From NCBI GenBank assembly GCA_040285825.1, contig JAUPSS010000013.1, forward strand, positions 124,001-188,000: DNA of 64,000 nucleotides. The letters are read 5' to 3'. Under the pieces are notes generated by a model, which did no database searches, was not told the DNA's origin, and saw nothing but the letters and a program-made list of their open reading frames with translations. The stretch is from Eukaryota sp. TZLM1-RC (taxonomy: Eukaryota > Protista > Metamonada: BaSk clade). Within the stretch, counting starts at the first letter, position 1; each line of letters begins with the position of its first letter. Of this stretch, positions 1-12,612 are shown one piece after another. Made by a program: the position numbers and the translations under genes.

Positions 1-18
1 TTAATCCTCTAAATGTAG

Positions 19-1272
19 ATCATACTTTTGTTGCATTCGAGTCTTCTGGTAAGCAATGGTTTGCCTCACCTCTTGCTTAACTTCAGGATAGTCAATGTTA
101 CTGTGTCTGAGTCTGTTTCGGTTTTTGTTGCGTCCACACCATATGACTCCTGCTCTTTCAGTGTAACTATAAAGCTTGTCAATAACACCACTGCCTCGAG
201 ATCAATTCAACATTCTTTTGACTCCAGTATGGCTACCCCAAAGGGTTACAATTGTTTCACCACCATCTCAAAACTCAAATCTGGTTCTGGCTTTATCAAG
301 AATAATCAACTCCTCTTTTGTGTAACAATACACAGGTTACACGACGAGAATGTTCCACAAGCAACCAGAATTCCAGAAAGTGATCGAATCAAGAAACTTG
401 AAGCTGACAATCAAAAACTAACAGAAGACTTATCCAATAAAAACACTCAAATCAAGCAGATGGTTGCTGGCAATTGTAGAATTAGTCATTCTTTACCAAA
501 ACTATTATCAACTGGTAAAATGAGCGATCAACGTTTAATTTTCAAAGGAAAGAGTTATCATTCTCATAGAGCTATTTTATCGCTTTTTTCTGGTTATTTT
601 GAATTGTGTTTTTCGCACAATTTTGTTGATTCAAAAGAGCATGAATACGATCTCAGTGAAGATTTGCCAGTTTCTAATGAAATTTTCGAGATTGTTTTAA
701 AATATTTGTATGGGGAAGAGGTGCTTTTGGATGTGGAAAATTGTTATGAAGTGATGTACTGTGCGAGGTTTCTCAAAATTTCATGCCTTTTACGAAAATG
801 TGTACAAAAATTTGAACAAAATTTACATTTTTCAGAATGGTTGATCTCTACTCTTCTCAAGGCACAAGAACATGGGGATCACCAAATTTTTAGGGAACTT
901 ACATCTCAAGTTGACGGCGATATGGAAAATTATTTGGAAAAATTACTACCAAAAGTTCATGATTTTCAGTCTTTATCTCCTCTTGTTTTAAACAAGAAAA
1001 TTTTGCAGTTGTTGGTCAAAATTGAATGTAGCAATCCAATGTTTACTGAATGGTTGGTAAGGTCACTAGTGAAGTCTTACTTAGAAACAAAGAGTGACTG
1101 GACCGTTGATGATTTTGACCATATACTGAACTCTATCAGCGAATCAGCACTGACCCCTTTTAAGTGGAAGTCTTTAATTGTTGATCAATTGGCTCAGGAT
1201 CCAGAATTAAAGAACACCATTTCAGTCTTTTTTGTGCACAAAATTGTTCCTCTTCTATCATGGGATTCATAG
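19..1272 (+). CDS. MATH(TRAF-like)-coiled-coil-BTB/POZ protein; 5' end lies upstream of the window; exons 19-48 and 87-1272
   Basis: BTB signature (SDQRLIFKGKSYHSHRAILSLFSGYF...FEIVLKYLY...ENCYEVMYCARFL). MATH-like strands (VSVFV...FSVTIKLVN...GYNCF...SGFIKNNQLLFCVTI). Splicing 49-86 gives SYFCCIRVFWIVNVTVSESVSVFV, which restores the MATH Trp strand. Confidence 0.8.
   Translation: MILLLHSSLLVSNGLPHLLLNFRIVNVTVSESVSVFVASTPYDSCSFSVTIKLVNNTTASRSIQHSFDSSMATPKGYNCFTTISKLKSGSGFIKNNQLLFCVTIHRLHDENVPQATRIPESDRIKKLEADNQKLTEDLSNKNTQIKQMVAGNCRISHSLPKLLSTGKMSDQRLIFKGKSYHSHRAILSLFSGYFELCFSHNFVDSKEHEYDLSEDLPVSNEIFEIVLKYLYGEEVLLDVENCYEVMYCARFLKISCLLRKCVQKFEQNLHFSEWLISTLLKAQEHGDHQIFRELTSQVDGDMENYLEKLLPKVHDFQSLSPLVLNKKILQLLVKIECSNPMFTEWLVRSLVKSYLETKSDWTVDDFDHILNSISESALTPFKWKSLIVDQLAQDPELKNTISVFFVHKIVPLLSWDS
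49..86 (+). other. 38-nt spliceosomal intron
   Basis: GTAAGC...CTTAACTTCAG; removal puts exon 19-48 in frame with the MATH domain. Confidence 0.7.
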
Positions 1273-2230
1273 ATTATTTTGTCTACTTAGTAATGTTAAT
1301 TATATCAATTATTATCTTTTAATGATGTGCCTTTAAAAAGGTGATCCCAAATTGGATTTCTTGTGTTTTATCTAAAATAAACTGAAAATGCGGAGATTTA
1401 TCAATACTTCTGTTATAATGCTGAAAATTAATTTTAATTAATTTTGATTAATTTTTCTAAAAGACAATGAGTTCGAGATGATATTTGTAGAAATGTTTGG
1501 CCGAAACACTGTGGGCGAAGTTTTTTTCCCAAAGTCTTCTTTTCTTTATCACTTTGGTTTCAGTTTGATTTGCAAAACTGAATTGAAAACCATTTCACAT
1601 GCATTTTGACAAATCGTTGTTACCATGAGACGTTTTGTTTTACCTGTATTCACAAGCCTCAATTAAGAAAACAAATTGTCCATGTAGAAGACTTCAACAT
1701 GAGACTGCTCTTGTAATGGTTGAGTCACAAAAAGACTCAAACTTCAAGTACCTCTTTTACAAATACATCTACTTTCCTGTAATGGCCTTGATCATTTTCA
1801 GATCAAGTCCTCGAAACACCATATGGCCAATGTTGAATTTTCTAAAACAGCTCAATGGCTCAAGAAAACTGCAACTTCTTTAACTGTCAACATTTTGGTA
1901 TTTAGAATAAAGTAGTCTTCACTTAAAGATCCGTTTTTTGCAGAGGACTTTAAGTTTAAAATAAACAACAGGTTTGCGCAAATGGCCAACCGCTTGGGCC
2001 TGTCGTTGTCTATTTTTCGTCAGCTTCTCTGGAAAAATTGGCCCAATATGATGTCATTAAGCAGAAATACCAAAGATGAAAAGAAGAAAAAAGAGCTTTA
2101 TTAATAAAGATACTTATTCTTGAACAAAAACCACGTCATCACGTGAATTCCTCACCTGTTTACCAGCCTAGTTTAGCAGTATCAACAACACTACTTCTTC
2201 CCATTTTCTTTCAACAGTTCCGTAAACCAT

Positions 2231-2827
2231 TTAGCATGATGAAGATAGGGGATTCGTTAGATACTGTAGCATGTGATAGAGATGATTTACTTCGTGCTTA
2301 ACTTCAGAGGGGCAATCACGAGCTAGATGACCTTTCTGATGACATTTGAAACATGTCCCGTCAGTCAGATTGCGAGACCTATAAGATGAACGAGATTTCA
2401 TACCAGCTTGACGCACACAGTCAGTGTTTTCAGGAACAGTCTTTGAAGACCTATTCCACGAAGCTACTCGCGAGAATTCAAGTGGTTCATCCTCTGCGGT
2501 ATTTAGCAAGGTAGGAAAATCGGGGAATACCTCGTCTTGAATTCGAGAAATCAGTGATTTTTGCAATCCTATTGAAAGACTACCCTTGGCGAATCTGATC
2601 ATGAAAGCTGAGTCAGGCAGTTCCAGTCCAGAAGTTCTGCTTTTTGATTGAAAAAAACGTTTCAGGTAGCAGGACATACGTTTGCGGACGTCTTTTTTAC
2701 GGACATCAACCTTCAACTCAGATATCACCAAGTTGAATTTTTCGTACGAAGAAAACGAGGTAAATGATCTCAATTGATCCAGAAACACATCATCGGATTC
2801 ATCAACCCCAGGGCTTGTGAGAACCAT
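2231..2827 (-). pseudogene. Retrotransposon Gag remnant with CCHC zinc knuckle
   Basis: CFKCHQKGHLARDC knuckle after a basic/Ser-rich linker; no recognisable pol downstream. Confidence 0.6.
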
Positions 2828-2959
2828 GATTCTAACAAATAGAGGTCAACGAGCAGCCTTGCTGGAACAAGGTCCTTCTTCGGTGTACCAGAACAGTACA
2901 CCTTCCACTCTTTCCAAGGGAACTGTTACGACATCATGACAAAAAAGTGTTTAGTGTAA

Positions 2960-3300
2960 TGTTCAACAGTGGTTCAAAATTTTTAGATCAAATTACGAAT
3001 TCAACTATCAATAGCCTAATACTCCAAAAGCAAGCATTCAGCAATATTTTTATGCAACTTTTCCGACCTGAAGTATATTGTATCTCATTTTCTGTTCAAA
3101 AAATTAACAGCTTCAACAACCCAGAGTCCCAGCTTGGGTTTCAGGGATGACGTGATTAAAAAAATACACCTCGTGTGCAAAAACACTGTCACTCAATTGT
3201 TCAGAAACACTAGTAGCACAATACTCTTCAAACTATTTCCTTCAACGGTTTTTGAACGGCACATTAATAGCAACAAAATAACGCATCAGATAAGCGTGCT
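2960..3300 (-). pseudogene. Degenerate pogo/Tc1-type (DDE_1) transposase C-terminal remnant
   Basis: Minus-strand fragments AVQKPLKE...FEEYCATSVSEQL...LKPKLGLWVVEAVNFL resemble the post-QPLD region of pogo-like transposases; stops and frameshifts present. Confidence 0.35.
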
Positions 3301-4490
3301 TAAATTAATTCAATAGCTGCAGCAATTGATTCACCAGGTACTGATATGGTTTCTGCATCATACTATGGGGCATATTTTATCGTAGCTTATTAACCAGCTT
3401 CATAATTCAAATCATCTGTTTCAATCAACTGCTGTCGATATTTATTTACACAAGCGTCACCATATGAATATTGCTTAATTGCATCAACAATTCTGTCAAT
3501 AATAGCTAGCTTTTTTGGTTATTGGAAATTCTCCAGGTGGACAATTCACAAAATTTGCTTGATTGGTATTATTCTCAACACTCTTTAGTGGTAGGCCCCA
3601 ACATCAGACTCGGTGAGCGCGCATTGAGTCGACTCCTGAGTCGGCCTCCTATTAAAATGAGTCTGAACCGAGTCGAACTAATCAAATCAATAAAACCAAT
3701 AAATTATTGGTTTTCCCTAACAAATCAGTTGTGGATTCAAAACTTCACCATTTCTATCCACAGAAAGAAACTCAATGTTCCTTCTTTTTTCATTCCCGGT
3801 AGTCTTTTTCTTTCATATCACTTTCTAAAAATGGATAAACAATTCTAATACAACGAACCTTTGGTCAAATTGATGTGCTTGACCCTTTTCACAGATGAAA
3901 GAAGCATTCAAGAGTTTAGACAATTGCGGTACACTTGGCTTTTACAAAGAAACAACTCAATGTCCAGTTATCAAGTTTGGATGAATATTATCTAATTAAT
4001 TGTGCTTGTTACCCAATTATTTTTTATTTTTTATTTTTTATTGTTACGTGTGGTCCTTTGATCTTGTGAACTGACACTTGATGTTGTTGTGTTGCTAAAA
4101 ATCTTGTAACATTCGCCCATCAGAGCTGGCAGATGAGGCATTGATCAATGTTGGATGAAGAACCATGCATTTGTCTTGGTCAGTATATACATCTCTTCAG
4201 ACATCAGAGTTCAGTGTAAAAGTTCTGCAAAAGTCAGTGAAGGCAGCTACCAGAGCAAGCATTATTGGATATACAAAGCCTCCGGCATCAATGGTTCAAG
4301 AAAGATGTATTAGAGGTATAACTAGAGTTTTGACATGTGAAGTTTAGTGGTGTCCAATCTGTGAGAGAAAAACTAAAAAGGGAAAATTTATACAAATAAC
4401 AAAAGCAAAAATACTACAATACAAGAAGAAATAATAATAACGAATATGCAAAAAAAAGTAAAAACAATAAAAAATGCAAAACCCCAAAAT

Positions 4491-5297
4491 TTAACCATTC
4501 AAATCCATATCAAAGTCAGAAGAGACATCATATTCATCAACATTAAATTCCTTGTAGTCTTCAAAATAAGAGCAATTGATGAGAGAGTTGATAATTTGAA
4601 ATTTAGAAATACCTCTTGGCACTATTAATTCTCGTGTAATGGTACAAATTGACTCGAATAAGACGTCTATTGGTTTAATTTTTTTCTTTTTCTTTTTTGT
4701 TGCTTTGAAAGAACAAAATACATAATTTTCTATACAAATGCGTAAATTGACTAGATAACTGATGACACCAGGATCAGAGAGATAAGAAAAAGCAGCAGAT
4801 TTTAGTAACAGTCGATCTTTCAACATTGCTTGATAATTTGTTACTAATTCATGATAAAGAAAAGACCCTCTACTATACAGCTTGTAATACATTGATCTTA
4901 TATTAATTCCTGTAAGGTGACAAAACGTCATTAATAGTGAATCAACATAATAATCCTTTGTGCGTGGGAAATATTCTGTGAAATTCAACACCACAAAGTC
5001 AAACTCTGGACCTTGTAAAGCATTTATACCATGACCTCCATTATCTGATATGTGGAAGAGTAGGTCATGTAGGGCATCAGAAAAGAGAGTTTGGGGTTTG
5101 GTTGGAGCCCAGTATTTTGTGTCATGAAGGAGAGATGCATAGTGGGATTCAGCTGACGAGTCAGAGGAGTCTTCAGAGAGTTCAGTTTCTGACGAGGAGC
5201 TAACAACAATTGAAGGAGAAGAAGATGTAACAGGAGGTGAATCAACATTGATAATGGAACAGACGATCTCATTGTTAGAATAGTAACTGTTGAGCAT
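4491..5297 (-). CDS. Hypothetical 268-aa protein (Ser-rich segment, poly-Lys NLS-like run, acidic tail), possibly TE-derived
   Basis: Long open frame in AT-rich DNA; no family recognised. Confidence 0.35.
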   Translation of the reverse strand: MLNSYYSNNEIVCSIINVDSPPVTSSSPSIVVSSSSETELSEDSSDSSAESHYASLLHDTKYWAPTKPQTLFSDALHDLLFHISDNGGHGINALQGPEFDFVVLNFTEYFPRTKDYYVDSLLMTFCHLTGINIRSMYYKLYSRGSFLYHELVTNYQAMLKDRLLLKSAAFSYLSDPGVISYLVNLRICIENYVFCSFKATKKKKKKIKPIDVLFESICTITRELIVPRGISKFQIINSLINCSYFEDYKEFNVDEYDVSSDFDMDLNG

Positions 5298-5869
5298 CTA
5301 TCATTGGTGCTGTTGAGGACTGAAACAACAAAGAACTGTCCGATTAAAGAGGACAAATATTCTGATTTCTTTCTTGGAAAATGGTGCGATTTATAAACTA
5401 AATACCACGCTTAAAACTCTATCTTTCTCCTTCCAGAAAGAGTCAAGAACAATTGACTGAGATTTATTGATCAAAACGTCCAAGCGTTACTAACAACACC
5501 TTCAAAAATTGAAAACAACAATTCTATTCTGCAAATATCAAAAACTCTTCATGTACGCTGTGTTTCTACAAAAATACCCAAGATTGACAAAGCAATATGT
5601 CTGAAGGAACTATGTAAGGAGAAGACAAATGGATAAAGGATACAATAGGTGTCAGAATTGGTATTCAAGATTAACAGCCTTCTGTTAGCTGTGGCTAAAC
5701 GTGACCTTCCATTTTAGGAAAGTGGATCACGTCATCTTAGATTCAATTTGTTTTAGTTCTTTTTATTTCTTATTCAAGATTAACATCATTGCTTTTTTTC
5801 AGCAGTATAAATTTCTCAATAAGAGTGAAAAAGCATGCGATTTTGGTTGAACTAATGGTTTAAAAGAAT

Positions 5870-8450
5870 CATGACAAACATTAGTGGATTTTACATCAGT
5901 AAAGATGGTCGTTCTTTCAAGACCTTCACGCATTGACTCGGTTCCATTTTCGAGCAAAAGATCTGAAAACATACACGGAAGTAATGGCTCGAAACAGAGA
6001 AGAAATTGTGTGAATGTGATTTAGATATGCAGTAGAGTTGATCTCCCGCGGTTTCATATATATAAAAAGCGATGAGATGTTTAAAATTGAACAGATTAAT
6101 AGAGAAATTTTTGATCCAATTTGGCACCACAAAATGATAATAAAGCGCCTGGTCCATCAATGATCACTTGACATGTTAAAATCCACGGTGAACCAATGTC
6201 CTGAATGCATTGATGATTTGTTTTTGTTTTTCAACAAAATTTTAACATTAAAAATCAAGCTTCCATCTGAAATGACAAGTTCACGCTTAATTGCTTTAAA
6301 AAAGAATGAATCAAAAATAAGGCCTATTGCAATTGGTGAATCTTTGTCTCGTATTATTGCTTCAGCTGTTTTTGGCAGGATTGGTAAAAAAGCTAAAGAT
6401 TTTTTTAGTCCTTTCCAATTTGGAATTAGAACACTTGATGGTGCATCCTTTGCAGCACTCTCTTCTGATGTCTTCGAATTATATTTTTAATTTAGATTTT
6501 AAAAATGCTTTCAATGTAGTGAAGAGGTCCTCCATCTTGCCCTTACATCAAACTCATTTTCCAGAAGCTGAGTCGTTCTTTTACAATTTTTATGGATCAC
6601 AGTCGACTCTTGTATATGAGTAATTCAATCTGATATCATCATCTGGTGTCAAACAAGGTGATCCATTGGGTCCTTTCTTTTTCTACCTTGCTATCCATCC
6701 TTTAATGTGTGAACTAAAACAAGAATTTCCAGATGTTCATATAACTCCTTATACGGATGACATATCAATAATTGGTCCAATTGATTCATTGAGAACAATT
6801 GCTGAAATTGTTCAAGAGCGCTATTATCAAATTGGTCTTTCTCTCAATATTTCCAATTGTTTATTGATTGGTAGAGAGCCTGCTGATCTCTTTATTGATG
6901 ATCAAAGCGTGTCTTTTATCAATTATTTTGAATCAGGATTTCGTTTTTTAGGTTGTTATTTGGGCAAGTTTGATGAAATTCAAAATCAACATTCCTCTTT
7001 TTTTGATAATTTTGAAGATGAATTGATTGTTCTTTCAGATTTAAATATTGAAAAACATCTTAAATTTTTTTTCCTCAGAATTTGTTATCCAGGGAAATTT
7101 ACTCATATTCTACGATCAACATCACCATCTATCTCTCTCGAATTTTGCAGAATTTTCAATGAATTAAGAACAATTTTTTTGCTAATTTGCTTGACATTGA
7201 TTCTTCTTATTTACGCAGTCATATTTTTTGTAGCACAGAATTGGGAGGCCTGGATTTTCACAAATCTAAATATTTGTGTACAGCTGCATTTATTTGTGGA
7301 GCCAAAAATTTCGTTTTTGAATTTTTGAAACGTTTTCCTGAAAACCAACACTTAATAGAATATTGTTTCAGTGACTATTTAGTATCCTTGCAGAATGAAA
7401 TTGAATGTATCTCTCCTCACATATGGTCCAAATGCTTTCCTGATGATATTCGAGAAATTCCACCCAGGAGTTTGATTTCCTTGAAATTTGCATATGCTAA
7501 ATTGCAGAAAAAGATATTAAAAGTTTTTGAAAACTTGGATTTCACTGTTCGTCTTAGCTTGGCTAAAGAAAGGAATCCCGTTTTTGCAAACTGTTTAAGT
7601 GACCTTAAGGAAAGTAGCACAAGTTGTCTCATTTCCCAGATTCCAAATGTATATGGTCTATTATTAAATGATCACCAATGGACAACTGCCCTAAGGATAA
7701 GGTGTTTTCTGTGGCCACGCAGTGTGCCAAATGATTTGATTTGTCGTTGTGGTCAGCTCATCAAATTGAATCATTTATTCAATTGTAAATTTAATATTAC
7801 ATATCGCTCAGTTGTTCACGATGCTGTTAGAGACCAACTATACGCTATGTGCAAAAGTCATCACATTGAAGCTTTTGTTGAACCACTTGTGCGAAGGTTG
7901 TCAACTGAAAATGAAGATGAAAATACTGTTGGGAAACGCCGTGCTGATTTAATTACCCCTGGGTCTGACGGTGTTATCAAAGTTGTTGATGTTGTCACTG
8001 TTGATGATTGTAAAGACTCAGCAATTGATTTTGCTAACAAAGATGAAACTCCACTTTGCTTTGCTGAAAAGAGCAAAATCAAACAGTACAATGAACCATT
8101 ATCTCAACTAGGACGTGTTGAGCATGTCAAGTATCAGTTGGTTATATTTGCTGTTTCTCTTTTTGGTAACATTGGTATATCTGGCATTAAATTTCTTGAA
8201 GGTTTCAGAAGTTTAATAGAAGAAAGAGCAAAACAAGAATTGAACTTCAATTTCTGGCACAACAGAATGGTTTTTTGTATTCTTAAAGCAATTCCAGAAA
8301 TGTTGACCAAAGCACTGTTACAATTAGGAATAGAGTATGAAAATCGCGCGCTTAAAAGATTTGATGTTGTTGATGCGTGTATTGAGGATATTGAGTTCTA
8401 GTTTTCTTTGTTTAATGTTTTGTTAGCGTTGAAAATAAATTTCATATCAT
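5870..8450 (+). mobile_element. CRE-type RT-RLE non-LTR retrotransposon, family A (C-terminus ...IEDIEF), frameshifted
   Basis: KAPGPS, IRPIAIGE, QFGI, LDFKNAFN, GVKQGDPLGP, YTDD, then CRC...H...C, RSVVHDAVRD, RRAD...D RLE motifs; AATAAA 3' end near 8434. Confidence 0.9.
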
Positions 8451-8769
8451 AAAAAATGATGAAACACGTCATAGCACGTCATGACTTCATCATGACTAAT
8501 AAAACAACACAATCGCATTGTACAAAAAGCAGTGTCATTGAAAAGTAGATAATAAAGCTGGAATCAACTTAGAATTGGAGTAATTAAACACAAATAGGAA
8601 CTGGTATAACACCTCTGATAAGTGATATGGGATTCTCAGATATGGCCGACGTAAGACAAAGACTTAAATTACGGATGTTCGATGCTTTCCAAAATCGTTC
8701 AATGGTAATATTCCAGAAAAGAATTTTTAAAATTTAATTTACATGTTTCGAACATCACAAAAACGAATA

Positions 8770-9680
8770 ATTAAAATGTAGGAAGATGGACTTTGTAATG
8801 ATTTATGCAGCTCAGCTGTTTTAAATCAAGATCCTCATTCATTATTATGAGAAAAGGGTGTGTGGGAGAACCAGTCATCAGATTCATCACTAATTGTCAC
8901 CATTGTACCGCAAAGGTTTGGGCTATGTGCCTGTAATGAGCTGTTGTAACAAGAATGAGACTATTTCTGAATAGACCTATTGACCAGCTTCTATTGAAAG
9001 AAACATGTATTTGTTCTAATTCATCACTGCTCACCTAACGTCATGTTTCAAATTGCCACAACTTGATAACTTATCGTTCGTCATTACATGATGCTGTCAG
9101 GGGCACTGTTTTTAATGTGGCAAGAAATGCAAAAATCTGATGTATTAAGGAGCAGCTGCTGAGAGAAACACTGTCATTGAACAAGTTTGGTTTTAATGAT
9201 AGAGGTGACATTCACTGAGATTGGATTGATAACTCTGAAGTTATTGTTGACTTTGTCTCATGTAATGTTGCAAATGACACTTTGGATCAAAGAAAAAAAT
9301 TTAATCCTGTATTCCGAAAGAAAAACATTGAAAATATGACAAAGATATCGAAGAACCTATTGCTGGTAGAAATAGACCACTTGTTTTTATTGCTTTCCCA
9401 TTTTCGATAAATGGAAAACTATCAGTTGAAGCAGGAACTATTTTGAATGATTTAAGAAAATGGTTCAAGAGAAAACAATAGAAAGATTTGATATCTTTTT
9501 ATGACGCTCTCGGATTCAATTTGCTATAATTCATAGTTTGATTCGATTTTTTATCGAATAAGAGAAACAATGGCGAGAAAATATGCAAAACAGTATTTTG
9601 AAAAGTAAACTTTGGTTCCTTTAATTTGGTCTCATTAGTTTTGATTTAATTACTAAGGTTATACTTCAATAAAAAAATTA
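8770..9680 (+). mobile_element. Degenerate 3' portion of CRE-type family B
   Basis: Clear nucleotide similarity to 22600-23500 and 57050-57940 (SSDSSL..TIVP, HDAVR, DRGD); many stops. Confidence 0.8.
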
Positions 9681-11039
9681 AAAACTCAATTTTAAATGAG
9701 CTCTCCTTTAAATCAATCAAAACAATTTGTGAAAGCAGAACTTTCTTGCTTAGTCGTGCTAAGTCAAGCAATCACATTTTTACTTTCAAATCTATTCAGA
9801 AGTTGTCGTTGGAGTTTTATCAACGCAAATTTTAAAGAAAAAATTTTCTTTCCGCAATAAATAAGTGTTAGTGTAAGGTTAAGTAGAGCTGGTAAGAATA
9901 AAGAGTATTTTATATATATCTATATCTATATCCCATTCTATATCCTATAAACTAAGGTACTCACTAGTAAGAGACCTACACAAGAACTGTAAGTCAGTGG
10001 TGAAAACAAACCTCGCAGTAAATGGGTAATCTTTCCAGAATACTGTATTTTCAAAACAATTCAAGGGTCTTAATGACTTGAACCTCTTTCTTGATTGAAT
10101 TCAAGTAGTTATTAAGACTAACAAGCGTCTTTTCAGCAGAACCTATGTAACAACCAAGAAAGTAGAAATTAGTTGAATTATAATTAATCAATAGTATTTT
10201 CAAGCAATTAACCATTAAGTTAACAATGTTTCTTGAAATACAAACACAGATTTTTGATCATTCAACTCAAGGCCGATGGATTAATGCAACGAAGCAGCTT
10301 AATTAGCAACTCTTTGAATTGTACTTTCTGAAACTATTACAGCACATGTCATCCATATAGACAACCACTTGGAACTCTGAATTTTCTTCTTTCAGTTTTT
10401 CTAAAATTGGATATAAGCGAGACGATAAAAGAAGGGTCCTAAGGTCCACCTTGTTCAGTCCTGATAAAAAGTAGAGATTGAAGAATTGAAAAATTAAATC
10501 AGAAATACTACCATAAAACTTATGAAAAATATTTCAAGTTCAGAAAATTTTCGCCTCAGTTTTTCTGAGGATCGCTTCTTGAGTGGGTTAAGAGTACAAA
10601 CTTTTTTTCTACTCACTCAGATTTCACTCACCCCACAAAACGTTCTTTCACAAGTTATACCTAGCCTTTATTGACAAAGAACTAGGGCTAAACCCGTCTG
10701 TAATTCTATATCAGTTCGTTTTATACACAATAAGATCAACCTTCCTTTTTTTGTAACAGAAAAGATATGATGTCATCATAAGCAGAGACCTTATACGTTT
10801 TAAATCAACCTGCCCTCTTTTGGGACAGAATGCCTAAATCAATAAACTTTTGTAGTATTGAGCTTTTTATTGCCATAACATTTAACAAAACTAAGAAACA
10901 GACAGTCACTATCATTTATGGGGTATACATACGACATGTTGTTGTCTTCACAAGAGCTTGCAACTTTCAGGGTCCATGGAATCTGAGGACACTAAGGTTA
11001 GGTTAATTTTCACAAATTGATTTTCGCTCCATTTTTTTA

Positions 11040-12400
11040 TAAAACTGGAATATTTATTGAGATAAAAAAACCCATCTAGAATTCAATATCCTCCAAACAA
11101 GCGTCACTATTACTGAACCTACTCACAGCATTACGTTCATATTCTACACCAATAGCTAAAAGTGCCTTTGAAATCATTGTTGGAATAGACTTGAAAATGC
11201 AAAAAACAATTCTATTTAACCAGAAAGTGGAGTTCATTGTTTCACCAGACCTATTCAGTAACACTTTTTTAAAATTTTCAAAAAAGTGCAACCCTGAAGG
11301 TCCAATATTGCCAAATAGAGAAATTGCAAACGGCACAAACTGATATTTCACATGTTCCACTAAACCTAACTGTGCCAAAGGTTCTTCATATTTTTTTATC
11401 TTCTTTTTTCGGCGTTAGGTAACGGCGAATCAGCGGAATACACTAAACGAGCAGCAGAATTTTTGCAAACATCAACTGAGACAACATCTACAACATTGAG
11501 AACACCATCGATCCCTGGAGCTACTAAATCTGCCCTTCTTTTACCAAAGGAATCATCAGTTTGATCTGAAGACAGCTTACGTACTAGTGGCTCAATAAAT
11601 GCCTCTATATTGAAACTTTTGCACATGGCATATAATTGATCACGAACTGAGTCATGAACAATTGAGCGATAAGTTATAAAATACTTACAGTTTAAAATAT
11701 GGGAAAGCGTAACAACACTCTTGCAGCGACAAATTAAATCATTTGGTAATGAACAAGGCCATAGAAAACACCCCATTCTCATTGCAGTGGATCATTGGTG
11801 ATCAGTAAGTAGAAGGCCATAAATGTTGGGAATTTGGGAGATTAGGCAACTTGAGCAACTGTCTTCAAGATCAATCAAAAAGTTTGCAAAAACGGGATTT
11901 TTTTCTTTAACCAAGCTAAGACGTACAATACAATCCAAGTTTTCTAAAACTTTTAAGATTTTTTTCTGCAATTTTGCAAAAGTCAGTGGTAAGGAGAGCA
12001 AGCTTCTTGGAAGAAGTCCCACAATATCAGAGGGGAAACATTTAGACCAAATATTGGGTGAAAGAGTTTCAATTCGTTTCATTGAATTTAAAATATTTTT
12101 GAAAACAAGATTCAATATGCAATTATTTTCGTTACAATTAACAAACAATGAGACCCTAAAGCGGAAACAAAGCTGCCTTATCTTTGCTTTTGATAATATA
12201 TGGAAAAAGAAACCTTGGCTTTGGATGAAATTTTTATAAATATAACAATTCTGACATTGGTCGTTGAATTGCTCCACTACAGCAATTGGGCGAACCTTTC
12301 CATTAGGTTCACTTAGGGCAACTAAAAGAGATGAACTTAATTCTTTGGGTGGAACAATTTTCAATGTTCATACATCTTGAAAAAAGAACATCATTCTTTA
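11040..12400 (-). mobile_element. CRE-type family A' fragments (RLE end ...LEDIEF plus RT pieces)
   Basis: ORFs 11076-12364 carry RPIAV, HDSVRD and RRADL; near-identical inverted copy at 19441-20340. Confidence 0.85.
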
Positions 12401-12612
12401 AAAATGAACCAAAATCTTTAATAATGAAGGAGTTTAGACGGCATAGTATTTTTTAAGCCATCAGTAGAAACACGGAATTAGAAGTGTATGGATTAAGGCG
12501 ATTAATGGTGAAAACAAATGAAGCCTCAATGTCAAATGAATATAACGCACTGGTAATGTATTTACAACTTAAAAAAAATAACAATTTAATAAAAAATAAC
12601 AATTAAACAACT

